From positions 7,254,001 through 7,318,000 of the forward strand of contig NC_043010.1 of the NCBI RefSeq assembly GCF_006345805.1: DNA of 64,000 bases, given 5' to 3'. Both the position numbers and the translations under genes were made by a program. The notes beneath the pieces are model-generated. The model worked only from the letters and a program-made list of their open reading frames with translations, was not told where the DNA came from and did not search any database. Below, piece by piece: positions 16,403 through 28,865 of the stretch. The stretch is from Octopus sinensis (Eukaryota). Within the stretch, counting starts at the first letter, position 1; the number at the start of each line of letters is the position of its first letter.

Positions 16403-16820
16403 TGTGGTAAGTAGCTTGTTTACCAACCACATGGTCCCGGGTTCAGTCTCACTGCGTGGCACCTTGGGCAAGTGTCTTCTACCATAGCCTCGGGCCGACC
16501 AAAGCCTTGTGAGTGGATTTGGTAGACGGAAACTGAAAGAAGCCCGTCGTATATATGTATATATATATATATAATATATATATATATATGCGTGTGTGTG
16601 TTTGTGTGTCTGTGTTTGTCCCCCTAGCATTGCTTGACAACCGATGCTGGTGTGTTTATGTCTCCGTTACTTAGCGGTTCGGCAAAAGAGACCGATAGAA
16701 TAAGTACTGGGCTTACAAAAGAATAAGTCCCGGGGTCGATTTGCTCGACTAAAGGCGGTGCTCCAGCATGGCTGCAGTCAAATGACTGAAACAAATAAAA
16801 GAGTAAAAGAGTAAAGAGTA
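16403..16820 (+). mobile_element. SINE family A, slightly 5'-truncated
   Basis: Matches family A. Confidence 0.92.
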
Positions 16821-17144
16821 TATATACATACATACATACATACATTCATACATACATACATACATACATACATAATATATACATTTATATATTCACACAT
16901 ATACAAACATAACTGCAATGAATCTATACTTATACTTCTTGTATCATATGTTATATAACCACACACAGACACACACGCACACACATGTACATATATATAT
17001 ACACATATGCCTACATCTTTTCATCTTATTTCTATGTCCAACTTAACAATTTCTTACCTTACTTCCTCTCTAAGAAAAGATATGTGTATGTGTATGCATC
17101 CACATATATGTATATATTTACATGCACATACATGCATATATAGA

Positions 17145-18438
17145 TGCATGGTCTGATCAATTAGTATCAGGGCTCTTGCCATAGCAACAACAGTAAAGTA
17201 TGCAGAGTGAAGCTGCTTGGTACAAATTGACCTTGAAATCTGCTGTGCATGTGTACAAAGTTTCAATTCCACCATTCACAGCAGTATTTGGAAGGAAGGT
17301 GTGTAGTGTGTGATCATCACAATGACCATGATAGAGAAAGTTGAGCAAAGAATCTGCATCAAATTTTGCCAAAAGCTTGGCGATACCTGCTCAGAGGCCT
17401 ATGCAAAGTTTTCAAAAAGTTTTCATAGGCGAAGGAGTGGCTGTGTAGTAAGTAGCTTGCTAAGCAACCATATTGTTCCGGGTTCAGTCCTACTGCGTGG
17501 CATCTTGGGCAAGTGTCTTCTGCTATAGCCCCGGGCCGACCAATGCCTTGTGAGTGGATTTGGTAGACGGAAACTGAAAGAAGCCTGTCGTATATATGTA
17601 TATATATATATGTATGTGTGTGTATGTGTCTGTGTTTGTCTCTCTAGCATTGCTTGACAACCGATGCTGGTGTATTTACGTCCCCGTCACTTAGCAGTTC
17701 GGCAAAATAGACCGATAGAATAAGTGCTGGGTTTACAAAGAATAAGTCCCGGGGTCGATTTGCTTGACTAAAGGCGGTGCTCCAGCATGGCCGCAGTCTA
17801 ATGACTGAAACAAGTAAAAGAGTAAAAAGAGTAAAAGAGTAAAGAGTATAGGCCTCAACTCAAACAAGATCTTGTGCAACTGAAACCCGAGTGTCCCTTT
17901 GGTTAGCTGAAAGCAGTTTTGGCACAAACGTGGCAGACACACGTCACACCCAAATCTTCAGTGATAATGGACTGAACTGAACTGTAACTAATCTGCACAT
18001 CCTCTGATAACCCACGTATAGTGATTTGAGGATTTCCTCTCGCTGTTGCACACACACACCTACAATGTTTTTCTCAGTTCTGCTGGCTGACGGTCTCCCA
18101 GAACTTTTGACATTTTTTCGGCCATCATGGAAACGTCTGAACCACTCATACACTTGTGTGCGGCTTAAACACTCCTCTCCATACACTTTCTGTAACTTTG
18201 TGTAGGACTTTGAGCAGGTGCCACCATGATAACTTTCTCTGTCATGGTCAATGTGACGATCCAATGCAACACACCTTTCTTTCCAGCACTGCTGTAAACA
18301 GCAGAAGTGAGCAACAATGTTAAAACTTGATGCGCATGCACAGCAGAGTTTAAGGTCAATCTTTGCCATGCAGCTTCACTTTACGTGCTTTAGCTTCGTT
18401 ACTATGGCAACAGTCCGGATACTTATTGATCAGACCTC

Positions 18439-18441
<3 letters not shown>
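17145..18441. mobile_element. Mariner-derived fold-back element (two inverted 5' ends), interrupted by SINE A
   Basis: TIR-like ends GGTCTGATCAA..AGTATC / GATACTTATTGATCAGACCTCGTA. Left arm encodes EKVEQRICIKFCQKLGDTCSEAYAK (+); right arm encodes KLQKVYGEECLSRTQVYEWFRRFHDGR..SGRPS (-), both mariner N-terminal HTH sequence. Confidence 0.85.
17427..17848 (+). mobile_element. SINE family A nested in the mariner fold-back
   Basis: Matches family A. Confidence 0.92.
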
Positions 18442-18470
<29 letters not shown>

Positions 18471-18474
<4 letters not shown>

Positions 18475-18714
18475 TGTTGTATCTGGGGAGAGTCATTTTC
18501 TTTTTGTGCCTTATAATGTAACACACCCACCGGTAAAATTTCCCCTTATTTCTTATTTTTATTTTCCTAAAGTTTTAGGAAAATTTTAGGAAAATAAAAA
18601 TAAGAAATAAGTGGAAATTTTACCGGTGAGTGTGTTACATTATAAGAAAATTACTCTCCCCAGACTTAACAGAATATGCTTCAATACACGAACTCTTATA
18701 AAGAATCTGGCGAA
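18471..18714. repeat. Palindromic element (about 100-bp arms plus an unpaired tail) within (TA)n
   Basis: ATTCTGTTG..TCTGGGGAGAGT...CACCGGTAAAATTTCC mirrored by GGAAATTTTACCGGTG...ACTCTCCCCAGA..AACAGAAT; homologue at 40081-40414. Confidence 0.85.
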
Positions 18715-18736
18715 TATATATATATATATATATATA

Positions 18737-19126
18737 TACTCTTTTACTCTTTTACTCTTTTACTTGTTTCAGTCATTTGACTGCGGCCATGCTGGAGCAC
18801 CACCTTTAGTCGAGCAAATTGACCCCGGGACTTATTCTTTGTAAGCCCAGTACTTATTCTATCGGTCTCTTTTGCCGAACCGCTAAGTGACGGGGACGTA
18901 AACACACCAGCATCGGTTGTCAAGCAATGCTAGGGAGACAAACACAGACACACAAACATACACATACATATATATACATATATACGACAGGCTTCTTTCA
19001 GTTTCTGTCTACCAAATCCACTCACAAGGCATTGGTTGGCCCGGGGCTATAGCAGAAGACACTTGCCCAAGATGCCACGCAGTGGGACTGAACCCAGAAC
19101 CATGTGGTTGGTAAGCAAGCTACTTA
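18737..19126 (-). mobile_element. SINE family A, head truncated
   Basis: Matches family A. Confidence 0.92.
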
Positions 19127-19196
19127 TATATATACAGACATGTTTTACATACATCTATATTTATCTATCTATCTGCAATTTGCTTATGAACTAACA

Positions 19197-19231
<35 letters not shown>

Positions 19232-19413
19232 TCTGAAGGATATTGGAATTAAGATTCTCAATGTCAACCAGTAAAAGGTGCCATCCCGAATTCTGAAGAC
19301 TCTTAAGTAAGATTCATGAGATTTTAAGAGACTTGCTGTTGTCACCAAATCTCAAGTCAATATCCCAGCAAACTAACATATAATGTAATAGTTTGTGATA
19401 ATAATGATAATGA
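19232..19413 (+). mobile_element. Possible 3' remnant of an R4/Dong-like non-LTR element in a (TAA)n tract
   Basis: Degenerate LKDIGIKILNVNQ*KVPSRILKTLK* resembles restriction-like-endonuclease LINE C-termini; TAA/TGA repeats on both sides. Confidence 0.35.
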
Positions 19414-19613
19414 TGGACCCAATAAGGTTCTCAAACTGATTAAGGCTGTTCGTCATTATTTCAATCCACAGAGAAATAGATATATTAGCCCTATCTACTA
19501 TATACTATATCACACCTTGATAATATATATCATATAATACCTTGATAATGTGTGGACTAGGATCCCCATTGACAGGCCCCTGATATAAAAAAAATTAAAT
19601 GTTAACACTCGCA

Positions 19614-20031
19614 AGGCACAGGAGTGGCTGTGTGGTAAGTAGCTTGTTTACCAACCACATGGTTCCGGGTTCAGTCCCACTGCGTGGCACATTGGGCAAG
19701 TGTCTACTACTATAGCCTTGGGCTGACCAAAGCCTTATGAGTGGATTTGGTAGACGGAAACTGAAAGAAGCCCGTCGTATATGTGTATATATGTATATGT
19801 GTGTGTATATGTTTGTGTGTCTGTGTTTGTCCCCCTAGCATTGCTTGACAACCGATGCTGGTGTGTTTATGTCCCCGTCACTTATCGGTTTGGCAAAAAG
19901 AGGACTGATAGAATAAGTACTGGGCTCACAAAGAATAAGTCCTGGGGTCGATTTGCTCGACTAAAGGCGGTGCTCCAGCTTGGCCATAGTCAAATGACTG
20001 AAACAAGTAAAAGAGTAAAGGTGTAAAAGAG
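19614..20031 (+). mobile_element. SINE family A, full length
   Basis: Matches family A. Confidence 0.92.
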
Positions 20032-20189
20032 AGATATTAGATAGCAGAAATAGATTGCTGAAACCTAGTCCAGGAAAGACTTCATTAATCCATTGAAAAG
20101 AAAAATACTATATCGCCCAATGACCCCTTCTTACATCAGCTCATCCTTCTATATAATGTAAAAAGACCAACACTGAAAAGCCACCTACA

Positions 20190-20452
20190 CTGACACAATA
20201 ATTCATTTGTCACAATCACCAGGAAAATCCCACTGCATTCTCTAAATACAGTTGGAAGTCAAAGGACACAAGGAAAAATAAAAAATGTGTTATCATAGAC
20301 AAAGTACTGCTGCTGACCTGAAAACTGTAGAATTTGTTTCTCAGAAGACTTTAAATTATCAGTTACCTGGCTCCAACAATCATAATCAAATATTGCAAAT
20401 GTATCTTAACTTGCTGCCATATACTGTATTTCCTGTTCAATTTTAAACCCAA
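20190..20452 (+). mobile_element. Penelope-like element remnant (C-terminal GIY-YIG region)
   Basis: Frameshifted motifs in the expected order: NPTAFSKYSWKSKD (cf. NSTALSKYIWKLKD), VIIDKV, CRICFSE (cf. CxLCLxEK), CCHILYFLFNFKP (cf. CRHxxKFLLxNFK). Confidence 0.65.
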
Positions 20453-20954
20453 GTACTTGATGAAAACGATTGGGATATCACCTACAATACAGCCAACTAC
20501 TCGGCCAACCACATCTCTTTATTAATCCATTGAAGTATACATTATGTATAAGGAAATAGTCCAGTTTACCAACACACAATTATAACAGACAGTACGTATT
20601 TCTTGGAAGGATGCACTTTGAACACTTTGTGTTTATGCAAAAAACAACCAATCACACACATACACACACGCATTTATGTGTGCATGTATATCAGAGATTC
20701 TCAAGCGTTTTGGGCCACCACACCCCTCATGGCCACAAAATACCCTCAGCACCCCACCCCTATTTTTATGTATAAATAAATATTCTATATTTTACCATGT
20801 GCTTAACTCTAAAGCTGAACTACTTACAGATAGGTGTAACTATCATCGATAATAGTAAAGTGATCGCTTCTGTTACATGTGACAAAACAAAAGAAGCACC
20901 CAACTCCTTTAAAGACATTGACTTTCCATTTTTCAGACTTATTGATGAGTATGT

Positions 20955-21145
20955 TTGGAAATGCTGTCATGGGGATAATGAAGTTAGAAAACGGGCTGAT
21001 GAGAAGAGGAAGAGGTTCAGTGAATGGTTGAGAGCGGTTGGGTACAGGAGCAGAAAAAGCAGCATATGAAAGTTACAAGACAGTAGCCAACAAGGCTACG
21101 AAGAAAGAGATAGCAAATGCACAAGTGGCAAATAAGAAGATGCTC
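20955..21145 (+). mobile_element. LINE (RTE-like) ORF remnant, endonuclease-RT linker
   Basis: DNEVRKRADEKRKRFSEW...YESYKTVANKATKKEIANAQ resembles the WWNxEVxxAIxxKKxxFxxW...YxxAKxxAKxxVAxAK linker. Confidence 0.5.
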
Positions 21146-21264
21146 AGAGAATGTATGGCTTTAGAGGTGGTTCAATTTCATTTGCAATTCATATTATTCC
21201 ATAGCCTGAAGGAATGCATGTACTCTTTTCACGATTGGGAAACAAACTTCTCTTGCATTTTCCT

Positions 21265-21300
<36 letters not shown>

Positions 21301-23617
21301 TATCTATGTCTCTCTCTCTATCTCTTTCTCTATCTCTCTCCCTCTCTCTCTCTCTGTCGCTCTCTCTTCCTCTCTCTTGTACTTAGATACATACATATGT
21401 ATATGTATACACACACATCTCTCCTTACACACAAAAATCCATTTATGCTAATGTCGACTTTGTAAGAATATACATATTATAGAAGCACACATTACACGTG
21501 TATCTATTATTTAGCTGCAATGTGATAGAAGGAAAGAGAGTTGCACTTTATATGTACGTGTGTGTATGTGTTCACAGAACATTTGTTTGTAAAATTTGTA
21601 CATAAATAATTTAGCAGACTCATCCTTTTAGTTTAAATGCTGCACTTTTATAAAGTAAGAACGTTCTTAAACCACATTACATAAAAATTTTACAAACCAT
21701 CATTGGCACTAGAACATTTTCAACAAAAAAATCACTAAAAGATAGTAACATTTACTAAATTATCACACTAATTAAATATCTAGTGACAAAGGAAAGCATA
21801 ACAACTTATCTCTGGAAATTATTCAACCTTATAATAATTACATACTGTTACAATCATATTGTCCCTAACACAATGGCAAATGCCCATCAGGCTTTTGTGC
21901 TTAAGTCGATGGTAATTCTGCCAAACCAAACAGTTTGAAAATATACTATACTGACTGAGTATACTTTCAAAAACAGGAACATCTATCACACTTATTCTTT
22001 CAGACATACAAAAATGTGTAGCATCAACTCCTTGCCTTAGTAAGAATATTCTATAAACAGTTAGTGAACTTCAGAATTTGCTGGTCAGTACACAAAACCT
22101 TATTTAGATGGTTCATACCTTTGTATATACTTATGAAAACTATAACACACAAATTTGTCTATTTAATGTATTAAATATGAGAAGAGAAAAAATTTTGGAA
22201 AGCTGGTATCAGAACATTGATATGTTGATAATCATTATTCTTTCCCACTTATTGATTTGTAAATTTATTAAAAATTTGATAATCCTCCACATGCTTTGAA
22301 CATTCTTTGAAAGCTCAAGACAGTTTTTGAAAATTATTTGAAAATTTGAATATTTCTTTCTGAAAAAATCTCTTATGGTTTATACAAAGGTCTCATTTTC
22401 TCCTTTCTCATACCGTTTTTGTTCTCATCATTCCTTCCACTGTTTGAACAATTACTCCCATCATAACCCTCTACTTTCTTTTCTGACATTAGGAAGATTG
22501 TATATCTTTTACTTTGCTTCATCCTAGCTTATTTTACATTCATCACTTACACCCTTCTTTTCTACTTTTGCCTCACGTTCCTATTTCACATCACCCAACT
22601 TATTCTTTCTCTTGTCATTTATTCCTACACATATTCATTCACCACTTCTTTTCTCTTTGTCTATCGAATTTTGTTGCAACAAAGCTTTCATTTAATACAT
22701 GACACTACAAAATGTATTCTAATTTCAACATGGATTCAAATATGCGATATACTGAGTGATAAAAAATTCTACTTATTGAGATTATCCATGAAATTATTCA
22801 ACAAAATTATATTTAGCAGTGTTTTAAACAAAAACAAAGGAGATTATTCCAGTAAATCACTTAGCTGAAAATGTTAGAATTTCAGTGTAGGAATGGATTT
22901 GGTTATAAAGTGAAGTGGTGATAATTATGAATAGGTTTTTATCTTATTAGAACTTTTCAGCAAAACATAATCTATGCAGATGACAAAACTAAGAGTTCTA
23001 CATACAAACATGCATACATATGTATGCATGTATGTATGCATGCAGGTATACATATCTAAGTATATACATGTATATATATATATATATGTGCATATATACA
23101 TATATACATGTGTGTGCATATATGTACACACATATATGTATATATCTCAGATATATATATATATATATGAAAGAGAGGGACGGGGTTAATGTGGTGATGT
23201 AGATTATATAATATCAGTAATATTACCTGGAAAAATAGCTCAAGAATAAATTCTGCATATTCAATTCGAATAATGTATGAATTCACATATGTAAAATTAT
23301 GAGTTAAAAAACTTGAATTAATTGAAATTAAATATGAAATTAATAGACTATAACTCCTTCTAAGTGGGGTTAAAATTTAAAATAATATGCAAGGAAGCTG
23401 GCATCATTGAAAATGCAGCGCAAGAGAAATGACGCGGATTTATTCGAATATATGCACTCTACTTTTTGCATAGAAATTTTATCGTTGCTTATAAACATTA
23501 AATGTTCACCAGCCTCTTCTTGCACATATACATGCACACATGTGCACACACACATACGCATGTGTGCACACTCATGTACACATACATGTACTCACATACA
23601 CACACACGTGTGTGTGT

Positions 23618-23649
<32 letters not shown>

Positions 23650-23971
23650 GGATTTTAAAGGATCATAATATTAACAGTTATAAAATTTATTCATTCAATA
23701 TAGAACATGCTCCCCTGCATTAGCAACTCCAGAAGCCAGATCTTCTGTAATTTTAGGGAAAAAAATTGAATTAGGGAATTTTTGAAGATGCTTTCCTCAA
23801 TATTTATTGAGGGATTGCCAAATACTACTTGGCTCAAATATTTTATTTCTCATAATGTATTCACCATGCCCAGAAAGACAATCATTAAATGGAGAAAAAA
23901 CATTCAGTTATTCATGAATGCTTAAACTACATTAACAATTGCCACTTTATAGCTTCCTTTGTTTTGTATAT

Positions 23972-24359
23972 CGGGGAGCACTCCGTCGGTTACGACGATG
24001 AGGGTCCCAGCTGATATGATCAACAGAACAGCTTGCTCGTGGAATTAACGTGCAAGTGGCTGAGCACTCCACAGACACGTGTACCATTAACGTAGTTCTC
24101 GAGGAGATTCAGCGTGACACAGAGATTGACAAGGCTGGCCCCTTGAAATACAGGTAGAACAGAAACAGGAAGTAAGAGTGAGGGAAAGTTGTGGTGAAAG
24201 AGTACAGCAGGGATCACCACCATCCCCTGCCGGAGCCTTGTGGAGCTTTTTTAGGTGTTTTCGCTCAATAAACACTCACAATGCCCGGTCTGGGAATCGA
24301 AACCGCGATCCTACGACCGCGAGTCCGCTGCCCTAACCACTGGGCCATTGCGCCTCCAC
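23972..24359 (-). mobile_element. SINE family C (tRNA-derived), with 12-bp TSD
   Basis: Head GGAGGCGCAATGGCCCAGTGGTTAGG...GGTTTCGATTCCC; TSD TGTTTTGTATAT at 23960-23971 and 24360-24371. Confidence 0.92.
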
Positions 24360-24559
24360 TGTTTTGTATATACGAAACTGAAGACATGAGAATATCACTT
24401 GTCTTTGCATATGAATTCTTTGTGTGACAATTAAATAGATGCATACATTTCAATACACATTTCAATACACATTTCAAATGGTGGTGCCCCAGCATGGTCA
24501 CAGCTTGTGAGCTGAAACTAAATAAAATAAAAAATAAAAATAAAATAAAAATAAAATAA

Positions 24560-24910
24560 AATGTAGCTAAGAAGTTCACTTTTCAGCCACGTGGTTACAC
24601 GTTCAATCCCAGTGCATGGCACCTTGGTTACATGTCTTCTAAAATAGCCCCGAGTTGGCCAATGCTTTGTGAATGAATTTGATAGAGGGAGACTGTGAAG
24701 AAACCTATTATACATAAGTGTATATGAATGTGTGTGTGTGGCTTTATGTTTGTGTTTGTCTCCACCACTGCTTGACAAAGTGTTGGTCTGCATACATCTC
24801 CAGCAAAAGAGACTAATATATAAGTACCAGACTTAAAGACTAAACACTCTGATTAATTTGCTTGACAAAACATTTCAAAGTGAGGCTCCATCATGGCTGT
24901 AGTCAAATGA
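24560..24910 (+). mobile_element. Old, diverged SINE A-related copy
   Basis: Collinear degenerate match (GTTCAATCCCAGTGCATGGCACCTTGG...GCTCCATCATGGCTGTAGTCAAATGA). Confidence 0.75.
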
Positions 24911-25099
24911 TATATGTGTGACACATTTCCAAACGATTTTCCAGCATCCAATTAAAACTTGATAACCAATAATATTGTGATGTGTTTTTGAATATTTTTG
25001 CTTATACAATGTTACACTGCCTCTCTGCTTTAGTCATTTGAATAACTGGGGACATGAAATTCAGTGTTACAGCTCAATAAACTTCATCTATTGAGTTAT

Positions 25100-25507
25100 A
25101 GGCGCAGGAGTGGTTGTGTGGTAAGTAGCTTGCTAATGAGCCACATGGTTCCGGGTTCAGTCCCACTGCATGGCACCTTGGGCAAGTGTCTTCTGCTATA
25201 GCCCCGGGCCGACCAATGCCTTGTGAATGGATTTGGTAGATGGAAACGGAAAGAAGCCCATCGTATATATGTATATATATATGTGTGTGCGTGTATGCTT
25301 GTGTGTCTGTGTTTGTCCCCCTAGCATTGCTTGACAACCGATGCTGGTGTGTTTACGTCCCCGTTACTTAGCGGTTCGGCAAAAGAGACCGATAGAATAA
25401 GTACTGGGCTTACAAAGAATAAGTCCCAGGGTTGAGTTGCTCGATTTAAGGCGGTGCTACTGCATGGCCGCAGTCAAATGACTGAAACAAGTAAAAGAGT
25501 AAGAGTA
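25100..25507 (+). mobile_element. SINE family A, full length
   Basis: Matches family A. Confidence 0.92.
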
Positions 25508-25843
25508 TACACTTTGTATATTGAGTACTTTTGCCTTCATTTCTAAACACCAATGTTTTTCAACTTTTTCATACACATGCACGTACAAAATGGTATCTTC
25601 ATTCTGTTATATGTGGATATTATTTTCACTTGTTAGGCATTTGGTTTATATTTTTAATTATTAATTTAGTATGTTTAAGGTAGCAAGCTGGTAGAATTAT
25701 TAGCAAGATGGATAAAATGCTTAGATGCATTTCTTCCAGTTCTGAGTTCATATTTCACCAAAGTTGACTTTATTTCTCATTCATTCAGAGTTGATAAAAT
25801 AAATATCATTTGAACACTGAGGTCAATGTAATTAACAAATACC

Positions 25844-26075
25844 TATTTCTTTACTGCTCACAAGGGACTAAACACAGAGGGGACAAACAAGGACAGACAT
25901 AGGTATTAAGTCGATTACATCGACCCCAGTGCATAACTGGTACTTAATTTATCGACCCCGAAAGGATGAAAGGCAAAGTTGACCTCGGCGGAATTTGAAC
26001 TCACAACGTAATGGCAGACGAAATACCGCTAAGTATTTCACCTGGCGTGCTAATGTTTCTACCAGCTCGTCACCT
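25844..26075 (-). mobile_element. SINE family B inserted antisense into an older B-related SINE (about 25678-26135)
   Basis: Full family B; flanked by GTAATTAACAAATACC / GTAATTAACTAATACC. Confidence 0.85.
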
Positions 26076-26692
26076 TTAATTAGTAATTAACTAATACCCT
26101 TCCCTCAAAACTGTTGGCCTTGTGCTGAAATTTGAACCATGTTTTTGTTTGTTGGGTGTGTTGTATCACTGAATATTCTGTCATTTTTTTTTTCCTCTTG
26201 TTTGCTACATTTTCTTGATTATTACCATACTGCCATTTTAACTGTTTGCCATACAGTATCTACCTTCTTTGTACTATCATTGTGCTGGAGTCAGTATTGA
26301 TTGAGGTGGTGTTCTGTCTAGTGTTATTGAATATAAATTTGGGATATTGTCATGGTATCTTTTCCATTGTCCGTTCATTGGACATTTTGCTTTTAGTTGC
26401 AGCTTCTGTAAAATATTGTTCTATATAGTTAGTATTGACTGTATTAGTGACCTACCTACCAACAATGATGTCCTACAAACTACAATATCCTACCTCCTAC
26501 TACAGGTAGTATAGCATGTGTGCTCAAGCTAACCAATGTAGAATGACTGGCTAGTCAGTCATTCTAATAGCTACTGTCACCTTACCATGGATCTACTTCT
26601 ATTTCGTCACCAAATATTAACTGTGTCTGTAGATTTCACCAATTTTCAAAAATAAATTTATTCTGAGGCCTGCAGTGTAACATTACTTCATG

Positions 26693-27077
26693 GTGGAGGT
26701 GCAATGGCCCAGTGGTTAGGGCAGCGGACTCGCAGTCGTAGGATTGCGGTTTCGATTCCCAGACCGGGCGTTGTGAGTGTTTATTGAGCGAAAACACCTA
26801 AAAGCTCCACGAGGCTCCGGCAGGGGATGGTGGTGATCCCTGCTGTGCTCTTTCACCACAACTTTCTCTCACTCTTTCTTCCTGTTTCTGTTGTAACTGT
26901 ATTTCAAAGGGCCGGCCTTGTCACTCTCTGTGTCACACTGAATATCTCCGAGAACTACGTTAAGGGTACACGTGTCTGTGGAGTGCTCAGCCACTTACAC
27001 GTTAATTTCAAGAGCAGGCTGTTCCGTTGATTCGGATCAACCGGAACCCTCGTCGTCGTAACCGACGGAGTGCTTCC
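26693..27077 (+). mobile_element. SINE family C, with 14-bp TSD
   Basis: TSD AACATTACTTCATG at 26679-26692 and 27078-27091. Confidence 0.93.
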
Positions 27078-27315
27078 AACATTACTTCATGTCGCCTGTT
27101 CAGTAGACATAATTTGTGTAAAAGCTATATTTTTTCTGTGGTACAAAGAGTTCATATCCCAGGATTATCCATTATTGCCCAGCATATATTTGTACTTTCC
27201 TCTCTTAGACTTCAAATGGGTCACCATAAAGGCATAGGATTCCTTCAATGTGTATTGCAGAATAAATTGATATATGCACATGATATATCTATGTAGCTTT
27301 TACTATTCTCTTTTT

Positions 27316-27716
27316 TACTCTTTTACTTGTTTCAGTCATTTGACTGTGGCCATGCTGGAGCACCACCTTTAGTCAAGTAAATCGACCCCGGGACTTATTC
27401 TTTTGTAAGCCCAGTACTTATTCTATCGGTCTCTTTTGCCGAACCACTAAGTGACGGGGACATAAACACACCAGCATCGGTTGTCAAGCAATGCTAGGGG
27501 GACAAACACAGACACACAAACACACACACGCATATATATATATACATATATATGACGGGCTTCTTTCAGTTTCCGTCTACCAAATCCACTCACAAGGCAT
27601 TGGTCGGCCCAGGGCTATAGCAGAAGACACTTGTCCAAGATGCCATGCAGTGGGACTGAACCCGGAAACATGTGGTTGGTTAGCAAGCTACTTACCACAC
27701 AGCCACTCCTGCGCCT
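27316..27716 (-). mobile_element. SINE family A, full length
   Basis: Matches family A. Confidence 0.92.
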
Positions 27717-27978
27717 ATCTCAATTTTTCTTTCTTATAATTTTTTTTTTCAGTGTGACCTTTCTTGTTGTTCTGTTGCCATGGAGTTTGCTTCTTTTTAA
27801 AGCAATTTTTATTCAACAAATTAAAGCAATGCCTTCAAGCAATTCTCACTTACCAGGCATTGTTTTGATCTGTTGTAGCTTCATATGTTTCCTGTGGGTG
27901 TTTTTGATAAGTTTTTTTGGTTTCTTGCACGTCTCTAGCTTACTTTTGTATAGCTTCTAATATATAACTTCTGATATA

Positions 27979-28865
27979 TACGTATTCTGACCAATAAGTA
28001 TCAGGACTGTTGCTATAGTAACAAAGCTAAAGCACAGAGAGTGAAACTGCTTTGTACAGATTGACCCTAAACTCTGTTGTGCACGCACACTAAGTTTCAA
28101 TGTTCTAGCTCACTTCTACTGTTTACAGCAGTGCTTGGAAGGAAGGTGTGTAGCGTGTGATCATAGCATTGGCCCTGACAGAGAACGTTGAGCAGAGAAT
28201 CTGCATCAAATTTTGCCAAAAGCTTGATGATACCTACTCAGAGTCCTATGCAAAGTTTTCATGGTTCTCGACATAATCATGGAGATCCTGTGCAACTGAA
28301 TTCCAAGTGACCTTTTGGTCAACTGAAAGCAGTTCTGGCATAAACTTGGCACATATGCATCTCATACCCAAATCTTCAGTGATAATGGACTGATCTGAAC
28401 CATAACTAATCTGGACATCCTCTGATAACTCACGGATGGTAATTCGATGATTTCCCCTCACAGCTGCATGCACATTTGTGATGCTTTTCTCATTTTTGCT
28501 GGTTGCAGGTCTCCCAGAACTTTTGTCAATATCGGAATTTTTTCAATCACCTTCAAAATATCTGAACCACTCGTACTCTTATGTGTGACTCATACATTCC
28601 TCTCCATACACTTCCTGCAACTTTGCATAGGCCTTTGAGCAGGTGTCATGATGACTACTCTCTCTGTCATGGTCAATGCAACGATCACACACTACATACC
28701 TTCCTTCCAAGCACTGTTGTAAGTAGTAGATGTGAGCTAGAATGTTAAAGCTTAGTGTGCCTGCACAGCAGAGTTCAAGGTAAATCTGTGCCAAGCAGCT
28801 TCACTCCATGTGCTTTAGCTTCATTACTATGGCAACAGTCTGGAGACTTATTGATTAGACATCAA
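27979..28865. mobile_element. Mariner-derived fold-back element, second copy
   Basis: Same two-5'-end layout as 17145-18441; right arm encodes RITIRELSEDVQISYGSDQSIITEDLGMRCICAKFMPELLS. Confidence 0.85.

Noticed and set aside
23972-24359. tRNA gene
   Set aside because: Only a tRNA-like A/B-box head followed by a SINE body and bounded by TSDs.
27854-27956. Possible second Pcdh exon (KLYKSKLETC...; phase-0 start, GTAAGT donor)
   Set aside because: Poor polypyrimidine tract and no recognisable protocadherin cytoplasmic motif.
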